Assembly: GCF_001194135.2 (NCBI RefSeq) | Contig: NC_068995.1 | Coordinates: 19,679,376 to 19,743,141 of the forward strand | DNA: 63,766 nucleotides | Direction of reading: 5' to 3' | DNA from: Octopus bimaculoides | Taxonomy: Eukaryota | Part shown: positions 1 through 12,455 of the stretch, in pieces | Numbering within the stretch: the stretch's first letter is position 1 | Layout of the letters: every line of letters begins with the position of its first letter | Notes under the pieces: generated by a model | Seen by the model: only the letters and a program-made list of their open reading frames with translations | Database searches by the model: none | Told to the model about the DNA's origin: nothing | Translations under genes and position numbers: made by a program

Positions 1-404
1 GCTGGCCTAGGGCCAAAATTTGGAATCAATAGTGAATCAGGTGATGCCAGTAGCAACATATGTGTGTGCGTGTCTGTGAGCGTTTTGATCATTGTGCTTT
101 GATTATTTTGGTCATAAAATGACTAAAGAAATCATGAATTTCTTACTCAACATTATCAAAAGAGAACTTGTATTTGTTATGCTGTTTACTAAAAATATAA
201 TAATAAAATAATTGCTTTTGGCTAAATTGAAGAACATATATGACGTTTACGAGAAATTTTTTTTTTATTATTTTTCCTACCCTTCCACATTCGATTTAAT
301 TTCTAACTCTCTTACTCTTCGCCTTTTTGTAACTTTTCCTCTTGCTCTTTTTCGTGATGTTCTATTTCCTTATGCCACTCTCTCTTAATTTCTTGTTATC
401 TTTC

Positions 405-489
405 TCTCGCTCTCTCTCTCTCTCTCCCTCTATCTGTCTATCAACCTAGGTAGCTATCTATCTTATACAGAGTTCCGCACATTTTTCCA

Positions 490-526
<37 letters not shown>

Positions 527-542
527 ATCTCTNNNNNNNNNN

Positions 543-603
<61 letters not shown>

Positions 604-610
604 TCTCTCT
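405..610. repeat. (CT)n microsatellite interrupted by a 10-N gap
   Basis: Direct CT/TC dinucleotide run; N at 533-542. Confidence 0.95.
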
Positions 611-2043
611 GCCTTTGCTTTAATATTATTCTTTTGCACATTCTTCCCATCTGTCATCTTTTCACATTCATACATATACATATATACACACACATACACA
701 TACATACATACTCACATACACACACATACTCAAACGCATACTTGAAATTTAACATACACACACATTACTTCAGTCACTTAAATATTGTTTTCCTTTCTCT
801 CTACATGTGGAGAGGGAGAGAAGCTTGGTATTGAGGTATGTGTGTGATGGAGGGATTGTTTGAAGAAACGTATGAAATACACCCAAAGAAGTGATTTGAA
901 GAATAGAATGCGAAGTAAAGAGTGGAGTTACTAAAAGTTAATCGTTAGGATATGAAGAAGTTTGTGATGATGTCCATCGGCAAAAAATAAAACCGAAATG
1001 ATGTAAACTCACACACTGATTGGAGTAGTGAACTCCAAAATTTATTAACTTCTTCGTTTAGCATCATCTTCAGCAATTGTCCCTAGGTGAATATGTTACG
1101 AACAACGTGGAGACAAGGTCAGTCTATTAAGTGCATTCCGGTTTCAATTTCAATGGATAAGGATTTTGAGAGGCTATTTTGGACTACTTCTAGAAGTTAA
1201 TAGAGCTTCGTGAAAACCGTGTATGATGATTAACGAAATATAAGTATTAAGTTCAGGGAGTACAATATTTTTTTGATCTGTCATAAAGTCAATATATTAA
1301 AACCTGGCGGGGACAATCTTCTCTTAATCACATGGACAGTATATTAGGTTGTTCATGAAACCAATGTTTGGATGAATCACTCGTCCAATGCCAAAGCGTC
1401 TAATTGGATCCGATCCGTCCCCGAAAGGAATCGTTTCCCCAGAAGAATTGTACTTCAAATTTGCAATCTACTAAATCTCTCATCGCTGCTTCAACTAGTA
1501 AATGATCCTTTGCATGAGAACTCCTGTCAGACTTTTGGGTTAAACTATTGGAAATGCGTGCATGCGACACAAATACAGACCACTGCTGGTGACACGATAA
1601 CCTATCGACACACTGATGAACACCTATCAGTGGCTTCCAGTACAATAGAATTCGAAGCAGAAGCTTTAGCAAGCATGTACATAGATTGTTAATCAATACT
1701 TTAGGCACATCAAGCAATCATATAAACATATACAACCATGCATATACATACATCCACACAAACATACACACCTACACACATATGATAAGAGAGAGGGAGA
1801 GAGAGAGAGAAGGAGGTAATAATTAAAAGAATGACTGGGAAGAGATTGGTACTCAAGATGAAACGGTCGCACTTAGACAACGTTAATTATATAGTTTCAC
1901 TGTAAAAATAATCAGCCACTGTATCCAATAATCTTTTTATGAGTCAACTGAAAGCAGTCTCAACGTGGTTGGTCAGTCTGCTAGAAATAGAAACCAAANN
2001 NNNNNNNNNNNNNNNNNNNNNNNNNNNNNNNNNNNNNNNNNNN

Positions 2044-2094
<51 letters not shown>

Positions 2095-2613
2095 GTATAT
2101 GTAAAATCACGCATTACAATCATGAACAACAAAAGCACATTGAAAAATGTAGTTATGCATATACACACACGCACACGCACACGCAAATATCCCTATGATC
2201 AAAGAAGCAACATCTTTGATCTTAGATATGCTCGATCAGTAGTGACCTCTTGTTAAAAAAAAAAAAAAAAAATTCATCAACAACAATAAAATATTTTTTT
2301 CAGAGAGGAGTGAAAAAGTTAGACTTTTAGAAGCGCGAAAGAAATGCTATGAACCAAATAAGCAACGTGTTTTTCTGAAATTATAATAACGTTCGTATAT
2401 TAATAAGTGTGCTGATAATTTTGTGATGGGTCAAAAAAAAAACAAAGACACTGTGTATGCTGGATATTATGTATTCATGCAGATACACACACGCAAGCAC
2501 GCATACACACGCACATGCATACACACGCACACACAAGTATTATGGAATTAACAACAAAATATATCCTCATTCAGGAAAATATGTAATATGATATAAAAAT
2601 GTTTATATATATA

Positions 2614-2704
2614 CAGGGGTTGGACAAAATAATGAAAACACCTCAAAATTTCAAACAAATTAATTTTAATATGTGGTAGGACCGCTTTTGGCAGTGATGA
2701 AGCT
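2614..2704 (-). mobile_element. 3' terminal fragment (TIR plus transposase C-terminus) of the same Tc1 family as 51797-53051
   Basis: TA at 2612-2613, then CAGGGGTTGGACAAAATAATGAAAACACC. The reverse complement aligns with 52970-53051 and encodes ...ITAKSGPTTY*. Confidence 0.85.
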
Positions 2705-2779
2705 CTCTTCTCTCTGCTTCCCTCGTTTTGACGCTGTTGTAAAAAACAGATCTACGTTCGCTCCACATCATACTCGCAA

Positions 2780-3145
2780 ACGGTCTGTAGATGCGTGTTT
2801 CTGTGAGGCGGTGGGAATCCCCTTTATTTCTTTTAGCTCTTCCATGAGTTTTATTTATCAAGGCTAAGATAGTTGTTGCACCTCGTTCAGATCTGCTACA
2901 GTCTGGTCTTAGCCATGATTATTAGAACTCGATGAATGTGTTTTATGTCGCTTCCATTATCTCCGTAAATTCAGGATCGAAATATTTTTGGTAGATCTTT
3001 CACTATTCGTATCTTCTCTACTTAGTAAATCAACAAATTTCTGTGAAAAATTTTCAGATGACTGCTCTGGAATACGAGTGACGAAATACCTTCTGAGTGT
3101 ATATTTTAACGGTACAAAGAAAATCTCGCTTTGTGAAAAAATCAC
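2780..3145 (-). mobile_element. Possible decayed Gypsy-type gag-like fragment
   Basis: Minus-strand peptides YTLRRYFVTRIPEQSSENFSQKFVDLLSRE..., TTILA and LSLDK..KLMEE loosely resemble invertebrate Gypsy gag motifs. Multiple stops; weak. Confidence 0.25.
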
Positions 3146-3270
3146 AACAGTGATACACAGGAACAGGATATGTCCAACAATGAATACATATTGTACGTTC
3201 TATCTTATTAAGTCCGTTCACGAAAACTCTTTATGGAGCAGCGTGTCGCATTGTGTGTATATGTGTGTGT

Positions 3271-3309
<39 letters not shown>

Positions 3310-3542
3310 ATGTATGTATATATGGTACCCGGTTCTTTTCNNNNNNNNNNNNNNNNNNNNNNNNNNNNNNNNNNNNNNNNNNNNNNNNNNNNNNNNNNNN
3401 NNNNNNNNNNNNNNNNNNNNNNNNNNNNNNNNNNNNNNNNNNNNNNNNNNNNNNNNNNNNNNNNNNNNNNNNNNNNNNNNNNNNNNNNNNNNNNNNNNNN
3501 NNNNNNNNNNNNNNNNNNNNNNNNNNNNNNNNNNNNNNNNNN

Positions 3543-3608
<66 letters not shown>

Positions 3609-3628
3609 ATGTATGTATATATGGTACC

Positions 3629-3905
3629 CGGTTCTTTTCAACTGCGTGGCACTTTGGGCAAGTTTTTTTTTTTCTACTACGGCCTCGTACTGAATAAATT
3701 CTCGTGAGTAGATTTGGTACACGGAGGCCAATAAAAGTTTCCCACCATCACCAACGCTCGACAACCGGTATTGGCGTGTTTACGTCCCCGAAAAAGAAAT
3801 CTATCGAATAAATACCAGACTTTAAAAATAAAATACCATGCTCAATTCATTCAACTAAAATTCTTTAAGACCGAGCTCCACTATGGACGCAGTCTTATGA
3901 CTGAA
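3629..3905 (+). mobile_element. SINE family A (CORE-like tRNA SINE), diverged copy
   Basis: GTGGCACTTTGGGCAAGT core-like block, GACAACCGG..GTGTTTACGTCCCCG, and tail GAGCTCCACTATGGACGCAGTC..GACTGAA match the copy at 41423-41926. Confidence 0.8.
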
Positions 3906-5891
3906 TTTCATAGAAGATAAAACATATGTATGTGCGTGTGTGATACTGACAGCGTCTAATCTGCATGTGTTTTAATGTGTATATAACCATGTGACTACGA
4001 ATTTGCTAATGTATACATAAATTGTGAATTTTTGCGTAATCATTTCATCGCAATCCTTATCGAAAGATATGCACTGACGTTCTTATACTTACGTATTAAA
4101 TGTTTGTGTCTGTACTGGGCTGTCTTTATGCGTCTCTGTGTTTGTATATGTAAGTGAGACAACTAGACATTGCTGTTGTCTTACACCCCATTTACAAATA
4201 AACCACCCTCCACCTTTGTCTCTGAATTCCTGCCAAGCTGTCTTCTCTCCACCAATCCGAAATTACTAGACCTAAAGAAATTCCATGCATTCATAGCTGA
4301 TGTTTTTCTATTGTTAGCTCCCTGCAGACACTGTTCAATATTATTGTGCTCAAAGGTAACCTATCGACATATACATGTGTATGTGAGTGTAAATATACTT
4401 GTACGTAGACTTGTGTGTGTGTGTATATATATATATATATGTATATATATNNNNNNNNNNNNNNNNNNNNNNNNNNNNNNNNNNNNNNNNNNNNNNNNNN
4501 NNNNNNNNNNNNNNNNNNNNNNNNNNNNNNNNNNNNNNNNNNNNNNNNNNNNNNNNNNNNNNNNNNNNNNNNNNNNNNNNNNNNNNNNNNNNNNNNNNNN
4601 NNNNNNNNNNNNNNNNNNNNNNNNNNNNNNNNNNNNNNNNNNNNNNNNNNNNNNNNNNNNNNNNNNNNNNNNNNNNNNNNNNNNNNNNNNNNNNNNNNNN
4701 NNNNNNNNNNNNNNNNNNNNNNNNNNNNNNNNNNNNNNNNNNNNNNNNNNNNNNNNNNNNNNNNNNNNNNNNNNNNNNNNNNNNNNNNNNNNNNNNNNNN
4801 NNNNNNNNNNNNNNNNNNNNNNNNNNNNNNNNNNNNNNNNNNNNNNNNNNNNNNNNNNNNNNNNNNNNNNNNNNNNNNNNNNNNNNNNNNNNNNNNNNNN
4901 NNNNNNNNNNNNNNNNNNNNNNNNNNNNNNNNNNNNNNNNNNNNNNNNNNNNNNNNNNNNNNNNNNNNNNNNNNNNNNNNNNNNNNNNNNNNNNNNNNNN
5001 NNNNNNNNNNNNNNNNNNNNNNNNNNNNNNNNNNNNNNNNNNNNNNNNNNNNNNNNNNNNNNNNNNNNNNNNNNNNNNNNNNNNNNNNNNNNNNNNNNNN
5101 NNNNNNNNNNNNNNNNNNNNNNNNNNNNNNNNNNNNNNNNNNNNNNNNNNNNNNNNNNNNNNNNNNNNNNNNNNNNNNNNNNNNNNNNNNNNNNNNNNNN
5201 NNNNNNNNNNNNNNNNNNNNNNNNNNNNNNNNNNNNNNNNNNNNNNNNNNNNNNNNNNNNNNNNNNNNNNNNNNNNNNNNNNNNNNNNNNNNNNNNNNNN
5301 NNNNNNNNNNNNNNNNNNNNNNNNNNNNNNNNNNNNNNNNNNNNNNNNNNNNNNNNNNNNNNNNNNNNNNNNNNNNNNNNNNNNNNNNNNNNNNNNNNNN
5401 NNNNNNNNNNNNNNNNNTTTTAATTAAATCATGCTTTTATTATCCGATTTATGCTTAACATCACGTAATGCTTGCGGCAAAAAGGAAAGAAGTTTCCTAT
5501 TAACTATTACGTGATTCTGATTCGATCCATATCTGGAGCCAGTTTAATTCATATATTTTAGCAAAGCTTTTCAGAAATGGACGAACTCGCACCTTCACAG
5601 AGTTACATAATACTCCTAATTTATTGTTCTTATTGTCAAAGTTGCTACCTTGTGGTAAAGAATGCAGCCTTAGGTAATGTGGCTTAGTAATTTTACCTGA
5701 TTTATTTAATTTTTCATCATTAGACCTATAGTCAAAGTTATTCCAGTCGTGTTCATACTGTCTTTGTACTGTCTTAATTCAGAGTAATTATGGAATGTTT
5801 CTTCCCCATATATAAATGTATGTCTTTAGAAAATATATCTGGGACTACACTGATTTCAAATTTTGACACACATCCAGCAGTTTCGGAAGCA

Positions 5892-5997
5892 CATCGATCC
5901 CAGTGTTAAATTGGTACTTATTTTATCGACCCTGAAATGATTAAAGATAAAGTGGACCTCGGCCGAATTTGAACTCAGAACGTAAAGACGGGCGAAT
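5892..5997 (-). mobile_element. SINE family B fragment
   Basis: Reverse complement contains TTCTGAGTTCAAATTCGGCCGAGGTCCAC...GGGTCGATAAAATAAGTACC. Confidence 0.8.
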
Positions 5998-6360
5998 CTG
6001 GGACTACATTATTCAAAATATGACGCTCGTTCAAGAACGATAGGGAGTTAGGGCTGAATTGGCTGATAATTCTAGCAGTTTGAGCAACAAAATAGATGTT
6101 GTTGGTTTATGTGGTAGATATGATCCATCATCCAGTTTACGTAATACTACCATTTTGTCCTTGGATATCTTTAGCACAGTGTACGTTACTGCAAGTATTT
6201 GAATCAGGGCTCTCGTTTGAAGTATTCTCGTGCACTGCTTCTCTCTCTACATCACCCTACACCATGTTTCTGTCTATCTTCCCTGTCACCATTCTCGGTT
6301 TCCCTACAAAAATATCAACAACTTCAACAATAATTAACGTCTTGAGATATATTCTTTAAT

Positions 6361-6593
6361 TCCTTTATTTGTATTTGTCCACTGACTTCGGCCATGCTGG
6401 AGCCCCACCATAAGAAGTTTTAGTCAAACAAATCGATCTCAGGACATATTCTTTGTAAACATAGTACTTATTCTATCGGTCTTTTTTGCCGAACCGCTAT
6501 TTTACGGGGACTTAAACACACCAACATCAGTTATCAAGCAATGGTGAGGGTGTGAAAAGCACTGACATAAGCACACAAATATATATATATATA
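6361..6593 (-). mobile_element. SINE family A, 3' half, running into a gap
   Basis: Reverse complement contains GCTTGATAACTGATGTTGGTGTGTTTAAGTCCCCG..GCGGTTCGGCAAAAAAGACCGATAGAATAAGTACT..GCTCCAGCATGGCCGAAGTC. Confidence 0.85.
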
Positions 6594-7530
6594 NNNNNNN
6601 NNNNNNNNNNNNNNNNNNNNNNNNNNNNNNNNNNNNNNNNNNNNNNNNNNNNNNNNNNNNNNNNNNNNNNNNNNNNNNNNNNNNNNNNNNNNNNNNNNNN
6701 NNNNNNNNNNNNNNNNNNNNNNNNNNNNNNNNNNNNNNNNNNNNNNNNNNNNNNNNNNNNNNNNNNNNNNNNNNNNNNNNNNNNNNNNNNNNNNNNNNNN
6801 NNNNNNNNNNNNNNNNNNNNNNNNNNNNNNNNNNNNNNNNNNNNNNNNNNNNNNNNNNNNNNNNNNNNNNNNNNNNNNNNNNNNNNNNNNNNNNNNNNNN
6901 NNNNNNNNNNNNNNNNNNNNNNNNNNNNNNNNNNNNNNNNNNNNNNNNNNNNNNNNNNNNNNNNNNNNNNNNNNNNNNNNNNNNNNNNNNNNNNNNNNNN
7001 NNNNNNNNNNNNNNNNNNNNNNNNNNNNNNNNNNNNNNNNNNNNNNNNNNNNNNNNNNNNNNNNNNNNNNNNNNNNNNNNNNNNNNNNNNNNNNNNNNNN
7101 NNNNNNNNNNNNNNNNNNNNNNNNNNNNNNNNNNNNNNNNNNNNNNNNNNNNNNNNNNNNNNNNNNNNNNNNNNNNNNNNNNNNNNNNNNNNNNNNNNNN
7201 NNNNNNNNNNNNNNNNNNNNNNNNNNNNNNNNNNNNNNNNNNNNNNNNNNNNNNNNNNNNNNNNNNNNNNNNNNNNNNNNNNNNNNNNNNNNNNNNNNNN
7301 NNNNNNNNNNNNNNNNNNNNNNNNNNNNNNNNNNNNNNNNNNNNNNNNNNNNNNNNNNNNNNNNNNNNNNNNNNNNNNNNNNNNNNNNNNNNNNNNNNNN
7401 NNNNNNNNNNNNNNNNNNNNNNNNNNNNNNNNNNNTATATATATATATATATATATATACATACATATATATGTATGTATATATATTAATATATATATTT
7501 ATATATATATATATACATACACATACAAAC

Positions 7531-7567
<37 letters not shown>

Positions 7568-8467
7568 AACATGTGTTTGTGTGTGTAAGTATATGTGTAT
7601 GTGAATGTATGTTTTGTATATCACACACATATGTTTGTATGTGTGTTTATATATGTATGTGCTATCATAATTATTCCTTTCATGTTTTTTTTATTAACAA
7701 AAATGCACTATTGTAAGTAATGTAATAAAATTGTTTGCATTTATCATAAATTAAATTACAACCATTAACCTTAAGGGAAGAATTTAGTAGGTGGTAGCAA
7801 AAACCCAACTATTTTAGGGCACGTTCTGGAAGAAAATTTGGGAAATTGCACTAGAAGACTGAAACGGATAGCTGTATTATTTGGCTCCCATCCGTATGTG
7901 TATCTTAGCGCGAACATCTGTGATATAAGGCATTAGAAGATTCAGTTGAAAAAGAAGAGCAAAAATGACCCTGGATTTAAAATGTCCCCACATATATACA
8001 TATCAGTTGTCAACTGATGTATATATGTTAGCCTTGTGGTTCCTTGATTTCAGTTGTTCTCTTTCTAGATTAAAGTGTTGTTTACGTGGTATTATTCTAT
8101 CCACTATATGAAATGCTTAGCATTGTGTTACACTATGTGTCTGTTCAAAAAGTGCCTTTCGTTCCTTTATGTTCGAACCGACTGCGCAGCATCTAAGGCA
8201 AAAGTTGCTACATAAGGCTCGGGTCGACCCCAAATGTGGAATTAAAATTTGGTAACTAAAAATACTTCTTATTTTAAAGATCACATGTAACCCGTTTTAA
8301 AAACACCAGCACTTGATTTTTGCATGGAATTAGAGAAGTATTCTCTGTTGTAAATATTCGGACTTAGAATCCAAACTGGGGAAAACATTCTCCTTTTCAC
8401 TAAGTTCTTGGATAGCTTCGTTGTCATATTCTTTTTCCATTGACAAAGATTTCAAAAGATAGTTTTT

Positions 8468-8474
8468 ATCTATA

Positions 8475-8528
<54 letters not shown>

Positions 8529-8542
8529 CCTATCTATCTATT
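8468..8542. repeat. (TATC)n tetranucleotide microsatellite
   Basis: Direct repeat visible. Confidence 0.95.
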
Positions 8543-10027
8543 TAACTGTGTGTCTATCTGTTTATAAGTTTGTCTGTCTGTTTGTCTGTCTGTATGTATG
8601 CATGCCTGTATGTATGTTAACCTTTTTAAGTAGAAAAGAGTATTACAACGTTTCGGACGTCAGTTTATCACTAGATGCAAAACAGAAACACTGGGAAAGG
8701 GATAGTGGAATAGTGTACGAAATCAAACTTTTTAAATCAGAAAAAAGTAAGGTTAAAAAACAACATGAGTACGAATATGGTGTCAAAGGGAGCAGAGGGG
8801 AAAACAGTGGAAAACTGGGGTAAATGCGTTTCATATGTGAATGTCAAGATAGGTGGATGAATAGAGGGAGACACAACTGTCAGCGTGTTTATATATATCT
8901 GGAGCGGACACAAGGGGCAATATACGTAAGGGTATANNNNNNNNNNNNNNNNNNNNNNNNNNNNNNNNNNNNNNNNNNNNNNNNNNNNNNNNNNNNNNNN
9001 NNNNNNNNNNNNNNNNNNNNNNNNNNNNNNNNNNNNNNNNNNNNNNNNNNNNNNNNNNNNNNNNNNNNNNNNNNNNNNNNNNNNNNNNNNNNNNNNNNNN
9101 NNNNNNNNNNNNNNNNNNNNNNNNNNNNNNNNNNNNNNNNNNNNNNNNNNNNNNNNNNNNNNNNNTATATATATATATATAGACATATATATATATATAT
9201 ACGCATATATATATATGTGTGTGTATATATATATACGAGAACATTCGTATGTGTCTGTATATGTGCGTGTATCTGTATGTATGTGTACAGACACTTACAC
9301 TGACACAAACAACTTTATAATTATGGCCGTATGTATAAAACGAATCAAATCAAAGCAATAATAAATAACCAAGCACAAAAGGAAATGACGTCACATAGGC
9401 GTGTAATATGAATCTTTGAAGATCTGTTTGATGCTACTAAGGAAAATATAGCTTAAATAAGCATCTTCAGAATATAACAACCAAACATTATACATCGAAC
9501 AACAAACAATTAAAACTAATAAAAATCAATGGAAATATAATAAATTTTTTAACCTAAGAAGGTTTTTCAAGGCAACACACCGTGTCTGATGTGTCGTAAT
9601 ATATATTTCTTCTTTTATCTTGCATAGGTTATTAATTTCTTGAAGTTTCATTATATTATCTGTTTGGGTCTGAATGTGAGGTTTAAAAATGTAAAATATT
9701 ATTTATGAAGACGTTTAGTGCCACAAGGGTGTCATGTAAGACGAAATCAGATAGAAGAGAAATTTTTAGAATCTGGTTCTTATCTATTTATTTATTTAAT
9801 TTCAGTATATGTTACTGAACTTCACAGCTTAAATTCAGAAGATTATGTCTTGCACAGTAATTGAGGTTCATACGGGTGATGGGAAGATGAAAACTCTACA
9901 CATTGTTTTTAACACCAAAGCGCACACATACTTATACTTAAAGTTAAATGCATAATATATACACACACATTATTTATACATATATTTAACATTAGCATAC
10001 ATAGCACATTCCAGTATTCAAGAACAG

Positions 10028-10116
10028 GGTACTCCGTCGGTTACGACGAAAAGGGAACCAGGTGATCCGATGAATAGACAGCCAGCTCGTGAAGTTTAAC
10101 GTTCAGGTGGCCGAGA
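10028..10116 (-). mobile_element. 3' fragment of a further Octopus SINE-like family (family C)
   Basis: GTACTCCGTCGGTTACGACGAAAAGGGAACCAGGTGATCCGAT...GCTCGTGAAGTTTAACGT resembles a recalled common octopus interspersed repeat end. Confidence 0.5.
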
Positions 10117-10129
10117 AATTATGTATGTA

Positions 10130-10740
10130 CATTCGTCCTCATAATTATTTTGTTAATTGTTGAGATTCTTAATTTTTGTGATGAAATGAATGCATTTTGT
10201 CAAGTTTGTATATGTTTTATGCGACCAACAAGTGAAAGAATAACAACAATACACAATTCAAGAAATTCTTCACTTCAGGGTTATTTTATTCATGGATTTC
10301 AAAAATCCCATGCTCAAAATTATTCATACTCTAGGTTTACTGGGTACAATAGCATAGCCTTTGTTTTATATGACTGCTTGTAGACGATTCCTGTACATAT
10401 TCACAAGGTTCCTGCATGTCTCCTGTTGGATGTTTCCCCACTTTTCCTTCGCGAAAGCCTCGATCTGGGTCAGCTTGGTGGATTTCCTATTCATCACTCT
10501 GGTCATCAAGTCTTGCCACATCTTCTAGATCGGATTGAGATCTGGAATCTGATTTGGCCATTCTAGGACGTTGACATCATTGTCCTTAGACCATTTCTTC
10601 ACTAACTTGGTGGTATGTTTCGGATCACTGTCCTACTGGTACTTCCAGTTGTGGCCGAGTTGGAGTTTCTCGGCAGATTCCTTTTCATTTTCATCAAGGA
10701 TTCTGATCTAATTCTCCTTTCTCATGATTCCTTGGACTTT
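10130..10740 (-). mobile_element. Tc1 (DD34E, IR/DR-type) transposon 3' half, pseudogenised
   Basis: Minus frame gives [61 protein letters not shown], with 34 residues between the second D and the (mutated) E. TA at 10128-10129. Repeated CTCAWAATTATT at ~10138 and ~10313. Confidence 0.88.
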
Positions 10741-10989
10741 ACATTTACATTTACAGGAAGCATAACAAATAAAGAATACTAAGGAGTGAATGGATATATT
10801 TTTTAACTCGACAGCTTTTTTCTGGAACCTCGGGACTACGTAATGTTCAATAAGCAAATGTTCAATTAGTAATTAGTAAAAGGATTGTCTGAACAGTCAA
10901 GGAGATGCAACCAGTAAATGGTTGCATAGAGACATTACCGTCAGAGCAGCTTCCTTCATCCGAAGAAACAGTGGTAAATAGTATTTCAC

Positions 10990-11940
10990 ATTGTCATGCG
11001 AGAGATTTAAAGGTTGAAAAGGAGAGGAAGAAAAAAGTAAATAGCAGGTAAAGGAAGGATGTAGAGAAGTAGAGGGGAAGCAAAAAGAAATACAAGACGG
11101 AGAAATTAGTAATCAGAGAGTGAATGGAAGTAGAAGAGGTGAGCTGGAATGAGGAGGCAGAGGGGTACAGTAGGTAGGTATTGTGAAAGACAGCACTCAT
11201 GGTGGTCTGGTGTGTCACGTAGCAAACTTTAAATCAATAAGGGGGTTGCTGGCTGTAAAGAAAGATAAGGAACAAGGAATAAAATAAAGGAACGGCATCA
11301 GAGGAGAGGCTACTAAGATGGAGAAAAGGCACGAGGAGAATAGAGAAAAGCAGACTTTGAAACAATCAGGAATAGGATCTGGTTATAGATTAAAACAGGA
11401 CAAGGCAAGAAGGGTATTCAAGGAGAAAGATATGCTGAGATAAGGAGAAAGGTACAAAGAGAAGAGGGAGTAAGAGAGAAAGAGAAAGAAAGATAAAGAG
11501 AAAGAGAAGGAATACAACTAAGCGGTAGGTCGGGGCTTAATTGTAATTGGGCGGAATTATAGAGACTTTGCGTAGTTGGCAAAAGAGGAATAAATTTTTG
11601 CTTACTGGAAAAGATTAGTTCAAAGAACGTATTTAGTAATGAGGAGTCATGGTGGCGGAGGATAGCGAGCGACTCACTTGAATACAATTTACAGACACGG
11701 GGTTAGTATTGTAGGGAGAAGCTTCACAAACTATAGACCAGGATAGGAGATTAAGGAATATTTCGGAACTTGAGGTTGTGTAAGGAAGGTAAAGAGTCTA
11801 GAGTCACGATTCCAAAAACGAATTGTTGTGAGCACAGTATCGGCGCTTGAAAGCAACAGTGCCGCCAACGTACACCCTAGCGTGATGGAAACGTGGCGTT
11901 AATTCCTAGCATTTATATACGACATTGTACTGTAAACAGA
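10990..11940. other. Strongly purine-skewed, repeat-like segment (possibly a decayed Penelope-like element on the minus strand)
   Basis: Long A/G-rich plus strand that is not a simple repeat; no intact ORF. The PLE assignment is only inferred. Confidence 0.25.
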
Positions 11941-12073
11941 AATTATCTAACAGATAGTTGGGAGACTGGGTAATTGCATATATGCATACTTAAATTATAC
12001 ATTGTATATGTATATATATATACATATACATAGATACACACACACACACATGTGTATATATATACATATTCAG

Positions 12074-12455
12074 TTCTTTCTTTTACTTGTTTCAGTCATT
12101 TGACTCCGGCTATACTGGAGCACCACCTTGAAGGGCTTCTTTAGTCGAAGAAATCGATACCAGGACTTCTTTTTTAAGCCTAATACTTATTCTGTTGGTC
12201 TCTTTTGCCGAACTGCTAAATTGTCAAGTGGTGATGGGGTTACAAACACAAGCACAAACACACACATACATTATAATTATGTGTGTGTGTGTGTGTGCGT
12301 GTGTGTGTGTGTGTGTGCGTGTGTGTGCGTGTGTGTGCGTGTGTGTGTGTATAAGACGGACGTCTTTCAGTTTCCTTCTACCAAATCTACTCACAAGGCT
12401 TTGGTTGGCTCATGGGTGTCGCAGTGGGACTCAATCCGGGTTGGGAAGCAAGCTT
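12074..12455 (-). mobile_element. SINE family A with internal (CA/TG)n; head interrupted by the foldback element and resuming at ~13422-13456
   Basis: Tail TTTTACTTGTTTCAGTCATTTGACT..CTGGAGCACCACC, body CCAAATCTACTCACAAGGCTTTGG, head GTGGGACT..TTGGGAAGCAAGCTT. The head continues as AAGCTTCTTACTACACA at 13440-13456. Confidence 0.88.

Noticed and set aside
1372-1717. Overlapping 106-aa (+) and 105-aa (-) ORFs in non-repetitive sequence
   Set aside because: No recognisable domain, no convincing splice signals; length is within chance expectation.
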